Assembly: GCA_001938485.1 (NCBI GenBank)
Contig: MQRK01204900.1
Coordinates: 1 to 52,538 of the forward strand
Origin: Girardia tigrina
Lineage: Eukaryota
Length of the DNA: 52,538 nt
Reading direction: 5' to 3'
Within the stretch, counting starts at the first letter, position 1. Each line of letters begins with the position of its first letter. Both the position numbers and the translations under genes were made by a program. The notes below the pieces were generated by a model. That model was not told where the DNA came from, did no database searches, and was given only the letters and a program-made list of their open reading frames with translations. This document shows, piece after piece, positions 24,110-37,878 of the stretch.

Positions 24110-25860
24110 CTTTAAGTGTCATTGATATGGAACATTGTGCATTGTAGAGTTTTGAGTTTTTTGTTTTCAAGTTTTAATCTCATCTAAGTCCTTAATTAAT
24201 AAACCACGAATACCCTCTCATTCTTCAGAACGATAACCTGTCCTTGAAAGACAACTTCAGGTTGTACCAGGATTGAATTTTCAACTTCTTTGGGAAAAAA
24301 ATATTCTTCAGATCAAAATTTATGTATAATTAATTATCGTTATTATAAGTTCTTTATATGTTTTTCTTGCAGAATTATCAATGATTTTCTTAGTATCATT
24401 ACAAATTATATCAATGTTGGACTACTGGTTTGGTTCTGAAAGTCATTCAATGTAAAAGAAATAACCAAAAGCCTCCATTTAGAAGAGAATATATACGTCC
24501 AATAAGCGATGAATGACTCCGCGTTTTGTGCAGAGTTGCAACTAATTCTTATTTGAATCATTCGAACACTCTATGTAGAGGTTGAAAGGTTGCTGATCGA
24601 TGAGCATTGCATGAACTATTGAATTATAATGGCTCATTTGTACGTCTGTTGTTGGCCACTTTAACATCTTCCCTTCCTTTAAAACTTTTAATTTTTAAAA
24701 TAATTGAAAATCATTAATGAAGTCAAGTCATTTTTAGTATCTTGATAATTTTATCTTTAAATGTTTGGTATAAAGTAAACAAATAATAAGCGGCTTTGAT
24801 TGTTTTCCCTTAATTTCAATAAGATCTCTAAATTTTGTAATTTTGAACCGATAGTTATTAAAAAATTATAAATTTTTAATTTGAAATCACCACGTTTTTC
24901 TGTCATTATTCATAACTCTCTCCTCATAATCTTTTGGTTTAACGTAAAAAAGTATTTTTTCTAAATGGATTAATTTTACCTTTTTCGTCGTTATTCTAGT
25001 TTTATCATTGAATTTGATTATGATGAGTTTCGAATATAAAGACAAATCTTTTTAAGAATATCCTTGATATTAGTAAAAAACCCTTTGTTCGATTCACATG
25101 GGGGCCCATATCGAAGTAAACCCGAAGCCGAGTCCGATTGTAAATCAAGACGGCGGAAATGGAAAATTTATGAAGAAATTCTGAATTCTGCCAATTCCAA
25201 AGGCAAATTGTATGACTTATAGCAGACCGTTCGCAAAGTGGGTCCTTTTTGATGACAAAAAATATTTTTTTTTCTGTAAGCAGTCTCAATTTTTAAGTTC
25301 AATATTACATTGTGCCCAGCTAAGATCAATCGGTTATTTATTTTATAATAGCATGGGATGTAGACATATGTTTCTTGTTCTCTATTACAAACACAACATA
25401 TACTTTCGGAAGCCGGTTTTCTCGGGATGAATTTTGTAGATATAACATTTGTTCTTGATTTAAGATGAAAACAATTTTCTTGATAATGCAGGCTGCAATC
25501 AGACAAAACTAAACGGTTCGTTTCATACAGAGGAAAAACTTTTTGTTACTTGATTTTATCAAACTTCAAATTCTAGAAAATACAGTATATTCAAAATGAA
25601 ATTAAACTCAAATTTAATCGACTAAACAATATTGACTCACTGTCAGTGTGAACGTTGAAGCAAGTTTCCATCTCTTTGTATGTGAACTGTATGGTCATAC
25701 TAATGGAGCAAAGATATTTGATATATTGCGTATCTTGGTCTGTCATGTCAGTCGATGGGGATCATTATTGATATCGTAGTATCTAGTAATTGTATTATCA
25801 GTATTGATAAAAGTTAGACTGGAATCAACGTCATCAGAACAAACAAGATGACGAAATGCC
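24110..25860 (-). CDS. possible degenerate multi-exon gene with a partial C3HC4 RING-like motif
   Basis: CCVCNREQETYVYIPC(33 nt)GH gives C-x2-C-x11-C spacing; exon IFFPKEVENSILVQPEVVFQGQVIVLKNER joined by a 30-nt GT-AG intron (24184-24213) to MRLKLENKKLKTLQC; second half of RING not recovered. Confidence 0.3.
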
Positions 25861-28189
25861 TGAATGATGGGTTGTAAAGAATATTAATTTGTCAAGTTTA
25901 GGCTACCTGGGCCTATAGGGACGTGTCCCCTCGGAAATAGGCATTCTTATCTCCCGTAATTTTTATCTATATTTCAAGGATTCCCCATTGACAACAAATA
26001 TAAACTGTTCACTCGCACAATTCTACTGGACTTTAAAACAGACACGAAAGACGAAAATATTAATTTTCATAACAACACGATAAAAATTGATTCAAGATCA
26101 AACAATAAACATAAGTCTCCCAGCAAACAGTAGGTCCAAAAACGCAAAAGGTAATTACTAGAAAATTTTTTTTACAAAAATAAAATTTTTATAAATAATA
26201 AAATTTTTTTAAAGTAATTTTAATTTTTATTATTTAATTATATTTCCGAAACCCAAACAGTGAGTGAAAAATCGTTTAACGAATTTATAACACACATATT
26301 TATAGGTAAAGAGTATATATTAGCTTTGTAAGGTCAGGAAAAAATGCATAGTAAATGTAAAGTATTAGGGATTAAATGTCTCGAGATTAACTACCGCAGT
26401 ATTGAGTGTCGCATGGAATAATTTTCGCGGTATTAAGTATCCATTCACCTATCAATGAAATAAAAACTGAACATAATAAATAAAACTATTAGAAGAAGCA
26501 TTTTTCAATCGTAAATGAATAATTCAAAAGTCAAGGGATTTAAATATTAAATTGATTAAAAAATACATATTATCTAGTATTTTACTTAATTGATTTATAT
26601 ATCTACAACAGATGGTGTTTACTAATGTTTGGTGTTTATTTTATGTTATATTTGGTGTGTTGTTTTTAGGATAGTGTTTCTCTCATCCGGATGGAAGATC
26701 GATATTTTGAATGCTTTGAACCGTCGCTTTATTCAGACACTTTTGAAATGTAAATAAAAACTTTAAAATTAAATTAATATATTTTAATCAAAATATTTAA
26801 AATATATTTGAAAGTGATTTAAAATATTTGAATAGTAGATTACAACGTAAAGATTTATTTAATCATAAATAAACTATTTAAAATGAATTAAAATATTTTT
26901 GAGAATAATTTTAAAATATTTTTGTAAGGAATTGTAATTTACATTTATTCCAATAATTAGAGGTTTAGAAATAGGATTAAAATTTATCATTCAAGAACGA
27001 TGCCTAACTACGAAAGTTTTGTGGAGATTTTTACTGGAGGTAATTCGAGTTGGGATGTCAGTAAAAGTATTGGAAATAAAATTAGTGTTTTTAATAGTAG
27101 ATATTTAACCTTTTTGTTGTAAGTCATAATAGAGGTAATATGAAAATTTATATGGAAAGTATTTTAAAGACGTTGGATAAATTATTTTTCAGAAGTCAAC
27201 GGGTAAACAAATAATAGATTTATGAGTGTCCATTCTCAAGGATATTCATTAAGAGATTGTGGAGAGAAGAAATCTAATTTTATAATTTCCAATTTTAAAA
27301 AGACGATTTTAAGAAACTGTTGTCTTATTTTATTTATTTTTCATCATATTGTTCGTCCAAACCAAGAAAACTAATCAAGGAATAAAAAATCATACATATA
27401 GACTACCATCATAAATTATAATTGAATGAAAATTTTAAAATCTTACTTGTTTGGTTCATGTTTAAATGGCATTTCGACCAACGATTCGCCATTTGTCTGA
27501 CGAATTCGTTTAAAATAGTAAATCGTTTTTATTTTTTTTTACTTTTAAATTAATTCTAATTAAATATTTTTGATCTTGTTTAATGCGACATTTAACATTT
27601 GTTGGTCGGTGCCTGTCTGAACGAAACAGACTGCTAATGTTCCGACTGTTTTATTTTAAGAAATAATCGAACTTTTATTATGAAAATAAATATTTATTAT
27701 TCTACAGGTTAATTAACGTACGAGGGTAGCATCAAAAATTAGTTGACTGAAGCTTTTGTTCCGTTGAACTGTTGAACAGTCATTTTTTTCAAAATCTTCT
27801 TTAGTTTTTCTTTTTAACTGGTATATAATTAAAATTTCCTATATTCTCCTGAAGACGATGAAAAGAATAAAGAATTATTATGAGCTTATTTGGCTAGAAA
27901 TACTTTTCATTCAGTGTCAATATTGGTCTCTGTACTCTTTATTAGTTTTTTTCTGGTCACAAAACCGTTCAAACGGCGTCGTTGAAAGAATTTGTATAAT
28001 AATTTTAATGTGACGGGTGTTGTGAAAGTCTTGTTAATTGACTTTGACACTACATTTAAGGAACTCAAGCTGGTATGTAGTAATTTATTTATATTTGGTT
28101 TAGAGATTATAAGTATTGAAATTCTTTTTAAATAAATATTTAATATTTAGAAATATGTTTGTAAACGCATTGGAGCAAAATGTGCTTAG

Positions 28190-28283
28190 ATTGCCACATT
28201 GCTTCGCGTGGGCCACCTTGACGATGAAGTTGCCGAACAACTGGGATGTTCTGTACGAAAAGTCGTATATTTTCGCAAATGAA
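28190..28283 (+). pseudogene. helix-turn-helix remnant of a maT/Tc1-type transposase
   Basis: IATLLRVGHLDDEVAEQLGCSVRKVVYFRK resembles the N-terminal HTH of the element at 32855. Confidence 0.4.
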
Positions 28284-29085
28284 TTATAAAAAATTTCGAC
28301 CCAATTTTTAAAATACGTAAAAAGAAGTCATAGAGATGGTTTCAAAGAGACTTAGTTCATTATAACAATTCAAGGAACTGTATTTTACATGACTAAATGA
28401 CAGACATTTTGTCAACTTACTAAACGAAATATCGGATTAATCCTCGGGTTTATAAAAGAATAAACATTAAAAGTACACATACATTAGTACTCTTCTGGCT
28501 CACAGATGAAGTTGACCCTTCAATCAAAATTGTAAGAAAAATTCATAGAAGAAAAAAATATCAAACTCGAATGATCTCTAAATACAAATCTTCGATCTAC
28601 CATGTTTTACTAAATATTGTTACAAATTGGTAATAGACACTAAATTAAAATAAATCATTTTAAAGAGATTTTAAAGAATTTTTAATTCCGATATTTATTT
28701 TATTTAAACAAATACTTTCACATTCAATATTTAATATTTAATTACACTTCCTATGATATCAAGTTCAAATAACATATTCATCTAAATTTTAGGATACTTC
28801 TGTACCAGCTTCATTAGTTTCGTTTGAAATTTTTTTATCTCTTCAGGTACCGCATCTTCCCTTTTGTCCTCACTGTCTGTAGTGCAATAAGTTCTTTTTT
28901 CATGAACTGCTTAATCATCAGTTTCATCATAGCGGACCACTCATATATACATATTTCTATAGATATTTTTATTATATAATAATTATATAAAAAGATATAA
29001 AAAAATCAATAAAAAATTTTTCCTCTCTGCAAGAAGATTGTCAGGAAATTAAAGAAATAAGTAAAAAAATTGGAATAAAAAATGT

Positions 29086-29405
29086 TTGAAATATAATATT
29101 GTAGATGGACTTTTCCGAAAGAAAAACAAGATATATGTATCGAGAAAGAAAAGAGAGAAATTTATAAAACTCTATCACTGCATATTATGCCATGCAGGCT
29201 CCCAAAAAATTTTCAAATTTCTACAGGATAATTATGAAATGGATCATTTTGAAGAAACATTGAGAAACACTATTCGGATTTGTAAAATCTGTCAAGAAGG
29301 GAAAGTTTTTACAGAGAAAACTAAAGATTTTTCAACTAAAGAAGTCAACCAAACTCTAACAGCGAAAGAACCGTTTGAATCATTATATACAGATTTTTGT
29401 GGACA
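29086..29405 (+). pseudogene. Gypsy integrase HHCC zinc-binding domain and start of the catalytic core
   Basis: YHCILCHAG..CKICQ..EPFESLYTDFCG. Confidence 0.8.
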
Positions 29406-29574
29406 ACATGTTTTTCTATAGTTAAGCTTATTATCAACTGGATGTTTTTATTATTAAATGGACATCTTGTCTTTATTTTCTGTCATTTCATTGGCTAATC
29501 CTTTTATTTTTTATTTTTAGATTATATAAATTATTATTAAGTGGATATCTCAAATTATTAAATGGATTTACCAG

Positions 29575-29577
<3 letters not shown>

Positions 29578-29632
<55 letters not shown>
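29578..29632. repeat. (TA)n(TG)n compound microsatellite
   Basis: Direct inspection. Confidence 0.95.
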
Positions 29633-30224
29633 GGCATAGATTGTAGTTAAATATAAAAAAAATATTAAATAGAAATGATTAAAAAATAATTAAATAAAAT
29701 TAAAACAAGTAAAACAAAAATTGAAATCTTTGCTTTTTTTAACTGAGTTCATTTCATTTGAAATTTCATTCAAGTCATGTGACTCATCGTGTTGTATGAA
29801 AGATCGATCGGCCAGACAGAAGGATCGATATGCACACATCATTGCTTTGGTATTATGATATCGATTTTGTTTCGACACAATCACAATTTTCATTCGATAC
29901 AAAGAGAAAGAAATTTTTGTCTGTGACGATATTTTGAGTGGCGTTTGTGATATATGTGCTGTGAATTGGAGATCAAATGATTTTTTTATGAATTTAATTG
30001 TCATTGTAAAAGGATTGAAGAATGGAACATTTCTTTTTTATTTTGAACAGAGAATAAATAATTGGCATTGAATTTATATATTTTCTATATTTCAAATTAA
30101 GAGAGCTATATATAAAAAATGAAAGAGACATTTCAAATCAAAATTTATCTTCACAACCTACCAAAATATCGTTTTCAATGGGCCCAGCACGACAGCAAGG
30201 AACACCAATCGCTGGATGATGAGG

Positions 30225-30270
30225 CTACCTCCGTCCTATTCTTGGGACAACCTGAGGATCGGGCGGAACA
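30225..30270 (-). CDS. copy 2, VPPDPQVVPRIGRR*; lacks an AG acceptor (possibly truncated)
   Basis: Reverse complement reads gtt ccg ccc gat cct cag gtt gtc cca aga ata gga cgg agg tag. Confidence 0.35.
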
Positions 30271-30705
30271 AAAAAAATAATTTAAAAAATTCATTATTAT
30301 TGTAAAAATAGTTTTTTCATAATTTTTTTAATAATAAAAAAATATTTTTCTTTTAAATATGATTTTTTATTTTCCAAACTATTTAATAAAGAATATTTTC
30401 ATTTATTTTATACTGTCATTAATACTATTAAGAAAATAAATGGAAATTCTAAATATCAAAATTATTATATTAGTATATTATTAGTACAATTTATTTTTTA
30501 ATGAAAAATAATATATTAATCAATATTGAAATAATGATTTATTTGAGGTCATATAAATAAATAACAATAGACCGACGGTTGACCAATGACAATGAGAATT
30601 TGTTTAACACAACACAATAATTAAAACGATGCATCTCGACTTGTGAATATAAAATTAGTTTCTTCTTTTTATTAACCAAAAAAACGGAAAAAAAACCATT
30701 TCCAA

Positions 30706-33700
30706 ATGGCCGGAAATATTTCGAAAGAAGTGGGACAGTGTTTCGATCTTCTGTCGACGAAGTGCAGCGACACAGAAATGCACAGCTTTTTCAAGGTCCT
30801 GGAATGCAAATTTCTCAATCAGAAAATCGAAACGAAAAGAATAAAGTTTGTTTTTATCATATGTTTCGATATTTTTTTGTACTTGATGCTCATTAAAACT
30901 GAGCGAAATATTTGAATGTTTTGTGTTGATTTGGGATTGTTTCTCTTTTAACCAGTTGGAATATTAATATTTTCTTTCAAATTATCTGAAATTAATTTAA
31001 TTTTAAGTTCATTGTTTAAATTTATTTAAATTTAAAAATCACTACAAAATTTAAAATGATTTAAATAATTTTTTTAATTTTTTCAATTAATATAATATTT
31101 TTATATATTTTTAATATTTATTTAATATTTTTTAAAAATATTTTAATTTTTTTTAAGTCTAATATATTTTTTTTAAATTATAAAAATTCATTTTTATTTT
31201 AACCAATGAAAATCAAGTAGCAAATTCAGATCATTTGATTTTAGAAATAAAAACCAATCGAATAATTGTCCTGAGGACAAATGAACTTGAAATAATAATA
31301 AAAATGTTAAAGTCATATTAGTGTTCTTAATTAAATAATAAAAAAATTGTTGGCAAGTCTGTCGTTATTTCCCACATATTGCAGTCTACCAAGAACACAT
31401 TTTCTTGTTCAAAAATTAACGTTGTTAATTTTTTTATAATAATTTTATCATAATTTTACATGGAAAATAATTGTCAATTGAAAACGTTTTTGATTACATT
31501 TTGAACCGTTTGTAAGTGCAGTCTGCCAGAACGATTCACAAAGCAAAGTCATCTAAACATTTAAATATTTTTTTGAAATTTGATTAATGATAATCTTTCA
31601 AAACATAAAAATTTATACATAAAGGTAATTACCGTAAAATTCCGATTTTAAACCATCTCGATTTTTTTAATATTTATTAAAAAAAATACGACAAAAAATA
31701 CAAGGAGACTCAAAAAACATATTCTTTAAGATGAGGAAACTGTGATTCTTAACTGCAATTTCAATAGATTTTTTAAATGTTAATTATGTTTGGCATTTCA
31801 CGGAATAATGAATCTCGGAAATGTTTTGATAGTTTTCAAAAATTAAAATTTTATAAAAATTATTATAAAATATTAAATACATTTTAAAATATTAAAAGAT
31901 TAATTAAATCGAGTATTTGATTTTTATATGTAACACTACACCGGATCACTTGGGATTCTGGAAGACCAGAAAAAAGAGACCAGGTAAAATGAGATCACGG
32001 AAAAAAGATTTCTATATGTGGTAAACACTCGTTTCTTCAATTTGTAACGCTTGAAATTGCTGGACAGCTTAAGTAACAATCATATTCAATCTTTTCACGC
32101 ACAATTATGGCACTCTCTTCTTCATTGGTTTCCTGAACATTTATTTGCGCTCAAAACGTGTTCGCTGTTTTCTTCAAACTTTTTGGTCATTGGCTCCACT
32201 CTCTTAAGACTGACAATGTTCTCTGCTTGTGTTCTTCTTTCTACAATAAAGCAATAGATTTTGGTAGCTGAAAATTTATTTTGTATTAAAGTTTCAACGA
32301 AGAAATTTATATCTCATTACTCTGCCTTCATCTTTCTGGCTATATCATATAACCAACTCTTATCGATTTATTTAAATTTAAATCTTAAACTTCTTAGTCT
32401 TGTTAAGAATCTACCTAAAAAATTAAAATTAATGTTCATCTATTTTCTTACTGATATCGATCATATTTTTTACAGCCCCTATATTTTATCGTTTTATAAA
32501 ATGAGATTAAAATTTACTTAAGTTTGCAAAATGATTTAACATTATTTAAGTAGAAAAGATTATTTAAATTTAGTAGAAGTTGTAAAAATCTTATCAGAAT
32601 TGTTAGAGATTTGGATATCACTGCAGTTGAAAGGAGTCCAAAATTTGTTTGAACTGTGTTATTATTAAAATCTAATTCATTTTTTCTTACAAGTTAAAAC
32701 TTTTATTATGAAATAAGCATGAGCAATATTACAAATATACTGAAATTACATCAAAAAAAGTGTATAGATGTTATGTTAGACTGATTTGAAATAAATCTTA
32801 GTAAATAATTTCGTGACTATTAAAGGGGTTTGAAACGATTCGTCATACGAAATACAGAGTGCGACAGCCATTTGAGAACACAAAATATAGGCGCCACAAT
32901 TTTCTGTGTTATTGTAAAATAGTTTTCTCTTTTACAGGTATTGATAGTAGAACCTACCTTTACGCAGGAAATGAATAGTCACGCAGATATTGTTTCCTTG
33001 GCTGCAGGACACACCGATTCAAAACTTGCTGCAGTGTTGATCATTTGTATTCATAGTGTGGGGGGAAATGGGATCTGCAAAACGTAATGTTTGGGAACTT
33101 TACAAAAAGAAATGGCATTTTCGATGTTCTGACAGTATCATGACGCCAGATTTAATAAGCCAAGTCCAATCTACCATCGAATAGAACTATGGGAAATCGA
33201 TGAGGGTCAGAGAGCTGCAGATTGATGATGATACCATCCAAGGTGTGGTTCATGAGGACCACCGTTAAAAACCACCCGTGATACGGAGAGGATAGTTCAT
33301 GTCCAAAAGAAACAAGGTGAACAGCTTGATCAGAGCGAAGCGCCAAGGTTTCAGGAATGATCTGATTTTTATCCGACGAAAAGACAGACCAGAAAGTGAA
33401 CTGCAAAAATAATCGGTGGCTGAGTAAAAGCCCTGATAAGGGGCCTACGGTCATGCATACCAAATCTCGAGCATCATCGATGGATCTCGGTGTTGTTACA
33501 CGTGAAGATGATGTGATACTTACCTATTTTTTTCTTCAGGTGTCAGAGTCAATGCCGTTACTTACACCGAGGTGTTAGCCTCGGTTGCTAAGCCTTGTAT
33601 TGCTACTGTAACACGTGGAAGGCGTATATTTTTCAACAAGACTCAGCACCCTCTCATACATCCAGAAGAAAACAATAAGAGTATACTTAACATTTTCATG

Positions 33701-36700
33701 ACCATGTCACCCCTAACGTTTGCCTCCTCCCAGCTCCCAAGATGTCAATTCTCTGGATTATATGTGTGCTGAGTAGTGGAGAGGGGCTCCAATAATCACC
33801 CTCATAACATTATCTCGGTTCTCATATCTGCTGTAGTAAATGCAAGGAGAAACAATTTCAGGACCCACCTCAATACTGCCTGCAATCGGTTTCGACATGG
33901 TATAGAAGGTTTTATTGCAGCTGATAGTGGGTTCATTGAATGGTGTCATCATTTATGTATGTGTTCACCTATATAAAAGTTCAATATGTAATTCTTTTTT
34001 ATCTATTCATTTTACCCACGGACCTCATTTTGTTCTCAAATAGCTGCCGTATCCTATAAAAACTAGAAGTTTGAGGCTCTAATAATCCTGTAAAATCTAT
34101 GATAATTACACATATAAAATGCTTTTTTCCGTTGAAAAGTTTTTCAATTCAAAAGTAACCCTAATAATAAAATTTTAGTCTATAAAAAAAATAAAATAAT
34201 AAAATTAGTCTTTCTTCGAGTTTCTTCGCCGTCTAGATTTGAAAGTTTTCTTCATTATGTTTTTTAAACCACGAAGATCTGTTATTCTGTAGGTTACTTC
34301 CTCATTTTCATTGATAAAAATTATCAACATCAAGGAAAAATAAAAACAGATTCAATATCACTTTTTTCTGGTGAAGAAACTTTAAGATTCAAAGTACATA
34401 ATCGTTCCTCTAAATATTTTAAGGACAAAATGTGTAGTGGTGGTATACCTTCTTCTGTCTATGTACCAGCTAATGTATTCTACGCAAAAATAAATAATTT
34501 CGATATCTTAGGAAATAAATGTGCAATAAATATGAATGATTAAATTTATGTAAATGGATGAAGAATGAATACTTTATACTATTTCAGAAAATTGGAATTT
34601 GAAACGAGTATTTATAAGAAGATCGCAGCAGAAACGGAGAAGAATTCAAGTCATTGTACCTTTTGTCATTCCTTGTTTCTCCTTATTATTAATAATGCAT
34701 ATCCATGCGACAAGTGCCAGGAAAATTTCTGTTATAATTGTATTATATTTTTCAAATCTCCATCCGAAATGCAAATGTGCAAATTATGTCATAATGAATG
34801 GTAAGATATGATTTATTATCATGCTACTTTCATAGGGACTTGTCTTCGAAGACAACTAAAGAAGTGTAAGATTTTTAGAAGAGTTATTTTTTATCTAGAA
34901 ATACCTGTGCTAGAGATTAATAAAACATTTTTTAAATCATCGCATTTGTTTAATATTTAAATGAATAAAGTCATTAAGTTATATTTTGGTTGAATGTATG
35001 TCATCTTTGAGTATAATGGACAAGGGTTGTGTTATTTCATATATTATGATGATGAAATATATGATGAAATAAAACTTTTGAAGTGATTTTGAAAAATGTT
35101 TATTTTTTATTCTCCTCACTCCAAAATGACACTTATTGTGAAGCTCTCGGGGCTTTGACTAGATTATTTTTAACTAGAAACAACAGTTGTCCAGGTTTAA
35201 TCGGCTCGCAATGGTGGTCAATTCGTCCACGACGTTTTTCTTGCTATTTATAAACTTCTTTTTTAATTCTATATTATACTCTTGGCGTAGCTTCTGATTG
35301 ACCAAACGTTTTCTCTTAATCAGCAACTCACTAAAGCTTTTGTTCTCAACTTACTACGATCTGCTAAGGTGTTAGCTATCCAAGATACAATTGACTGATA
35401 AACTGATTTGACTGTCATCTTCTTTACCCCCAACTTGATGCATAAATTTAGGCCCATCACTACTGCTTCCAGCAAAACCACATCGATATGTCTGGAATCA
35501 TCTGTTTTTCTCAGCCACGAAGAATCTTCAATTATATGACCCTTGACTTCAAGCACTGCACCAATCCCAATCGACTTCCATCGCAAGATATAACCCCTTC
35601 TTAACCATTATCAACGCTTTACTACCACTAGAACAGGTTAGGGTAACCTGTCCCTAACTCGTCTCAGTACTCACATGATTTTCTCAAATAAATCATATAC
35701 CATGTTATCTTCCCATCTGTCCTCACTGAAATGTTTCAAATAGGGAAAACGCCTCCTACACTGGATTATCTCTCTTCTACACCTCTAAATGATCTTTCGT
35801 GAAGACTCTAATCCCTAACAACCGCACTTCATTATCTCTCGAAAGACTTCTCCTTACTTCTTAGACCAAATTTCTCCAATAATCTCTCAACCTCATCGAA
35901 GGACATTGCGCTCTCATTCACGAAATTATTATCAATGTACGAATCGGTATGGTCTCAAATTTTCAAGTCAGAGTTTAAAACTTACTTTACAATTTTGGTC
36001 ATGACCAAAGGTGCAATATTTAATTCGAACCCTATTCTGGTCAAGGCGTACTTATTATTAATAACACGTGATTGATAGCGCCACATGTCCTTGTGAACCC
36101 GTACCTGAATTTACGCTTCCAACAAGTCAAGCATAGAAAATACGAACCCTTACGACGTATCCAAACAAATATTAACCGAGCCGCTATAAACGTCAACGTA
36201 TTTAGTCAAATCCCTTACACTTATTTCTCTGTAATATCCCGATTATAGGAATCGATCGTATTGATTAGCCATTGTATTCTCGTTATACTAGATGAAATAT
36301 TCCTTATCCTTAAATTCTTTAACATAGCCAACGTGGCCGTGTCTCGTAATCTATCGTCAATAAAACAGATTTGGAAGATAACCGAGTGCCATCTTAGCAT
36401 CCAGTTTCCCTTGACCTGGAAATTATGTTTCCTTTTGTAAACTGGGAGGACATATGTCCTTGATCCCCCGAAGTCACTATTATATCACCCTTAGTCCCGT
36501 CACCGATCTCAGTGGAGCCCCGAGGATCCTCACCCCTTGAGCGAGATTTCTGCAGTTAAGTGACGCGGAAAGGAGCCGACTTGAGTGACTGCCGGAACCA
36601 CAGATACATTATGATTGTTATAATAATGATTTTTTTAGATGTAATTATTTTAGTGATCACTCTAATGAAAGATGATTTTATTTAAATATAAGTTGTTTGT

Positions 36701-37026
36701 GTGATGATCTGCTAAAAGTATAGATATTTGATTGTTTATTATTAAAGGCTCTGTACTTTACTTTCTAAAAAAGTATCTGAAATTAGAAAATAGTTCCCAT
36801 TTAAATATGATTTAATATAAATGCGAAAGAAAACTTGTGAAAAGAAAGTACGTACTCTTGGACTTATATGTGTTAGAGTGTGTAACAAAAAAGTGTCATA
36901 CGTGTTATTTATTATTCAGGTTAAAGCAAGCTAAGTCAGGCCAATGGATATTCAACCAAACACAAGATCCAAAAAGACAAGAAGCAATTTCAGTGGTGAA
37001 CGAAGAATTATCCGCCATACAGAATG
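30706..37026 (+). CDS. Rab-effector gene (Slp/Slac2/rabphilin/Noc2 family), exons 1-3 encoding the Rab-binding domain
   Basis: Phase-consistent GT-AG exons 30706-30845 (SHD1-like DLL..E..FKVLE..QKIETKRI), 34588-34800 (CTFC..CDKCQENFCYNC..CKLC FYVE-related finger) and 36920-37026 (SGQWIF, matching the SHD2 SGEWF motif). Confidence 0.85.
32855..34056 (+). mobile_element. maT/DD37D-type Tc1/mariner transposon, decayed, in intron 1
   Basis: TA TSD; TIRs CAGAGTGCGACAGCCATTTGAGAACA / TGTTCTCAAATAGCTGCCGTATCCTA; FLSDEK..NNRWL, FQQDSAPSH..PPSSQDVNSLDY with about 37-residue D-D spacing. Confidence 0.88.
35105..36600 (-). mobile_element. Gypsy pol fragment (same group as element A) in intron 2
   Basis: RT NIAPLVMTKIV..SYIDN; RNase H GIGAVLEV..EDSSWLRK..HID..LEAV; integrase LHNKCHFG. 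Confidence 0.8.
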
Positions 37027-37878
37027 GTAAGAATGTATATGTTAAACAAATAGCATGGTTGTTGATTAATATTTAAATGTCAACGTAGAATACTCTAGCA
37101 TTACCTGCACGACTGTGACAATTATAAGAAGTTTCCCCTTTTTCTTTAAAGATTTCCTACAGTTTTTTTTGATGAAAATAAATGTCACCAAACGATAGAT
37201 GCGATGCATTAATTGACTTCTGTTTATACCTAGCGCGATGTATTCCAAATAGAATGTTTACTTAACAAAAAACAGTTTCAATTTCTAATGGAATTTTCCT
37301 TCCTAATTTCTGTATAAAATACATATTAAATTTTCTGGTATATTGTCTTCAGTTTGTAATTAACCCACATTTCCATCAGTTGGTTTATTCTCTCCGTATT
37401 TATTAGTTAAATTAATTAGTTAATTAATAAACACGTTCTCTATACCCCTAAATTTTTATTTTTATTTAGCATAAATTCATAAAATTATGGCTAATAAAAT
37501 TTATTTGATGTTTTAATAAGTGTTACCGTCCGATGGCGATTGGAAGACATCTTCGAGGGGTCTGAAGAATGAAAATAAAATTATTTATTATTTGATTAAT
37601 AATTTATGAATATTTCCTTATTTCGAGAAACATTTATTCGAAATTGTATTAAATTAAATACAATTATTAAATAAAATCATTAATTAGACTAATTTCAATG
37701 ATTGTACTTTCCAAAAGTTTCAGGGGTTTTGCATTTTTACAATTTTTATCAATATTATTTTTATATATTCTTTTATAAAATATAGGGTCGATCAGATATT
37801 CAATATTTTTCTACAATTAAAATTATTATTCCAATTTTGGTAAACAAACTTTTTGACTTAACTTTTCAAGTCGTAATA

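Noticed and set aside
26675-26750. UGA=Trp alternative genetic code
   Set aside because: Only one aligned TGG/TGA; the Rab-effector exons use TGG for Trp and other frames here are open.
29690-30004. 104-aa minus-strand ORF
   Set aside because: No motif or splice support; could be chance.
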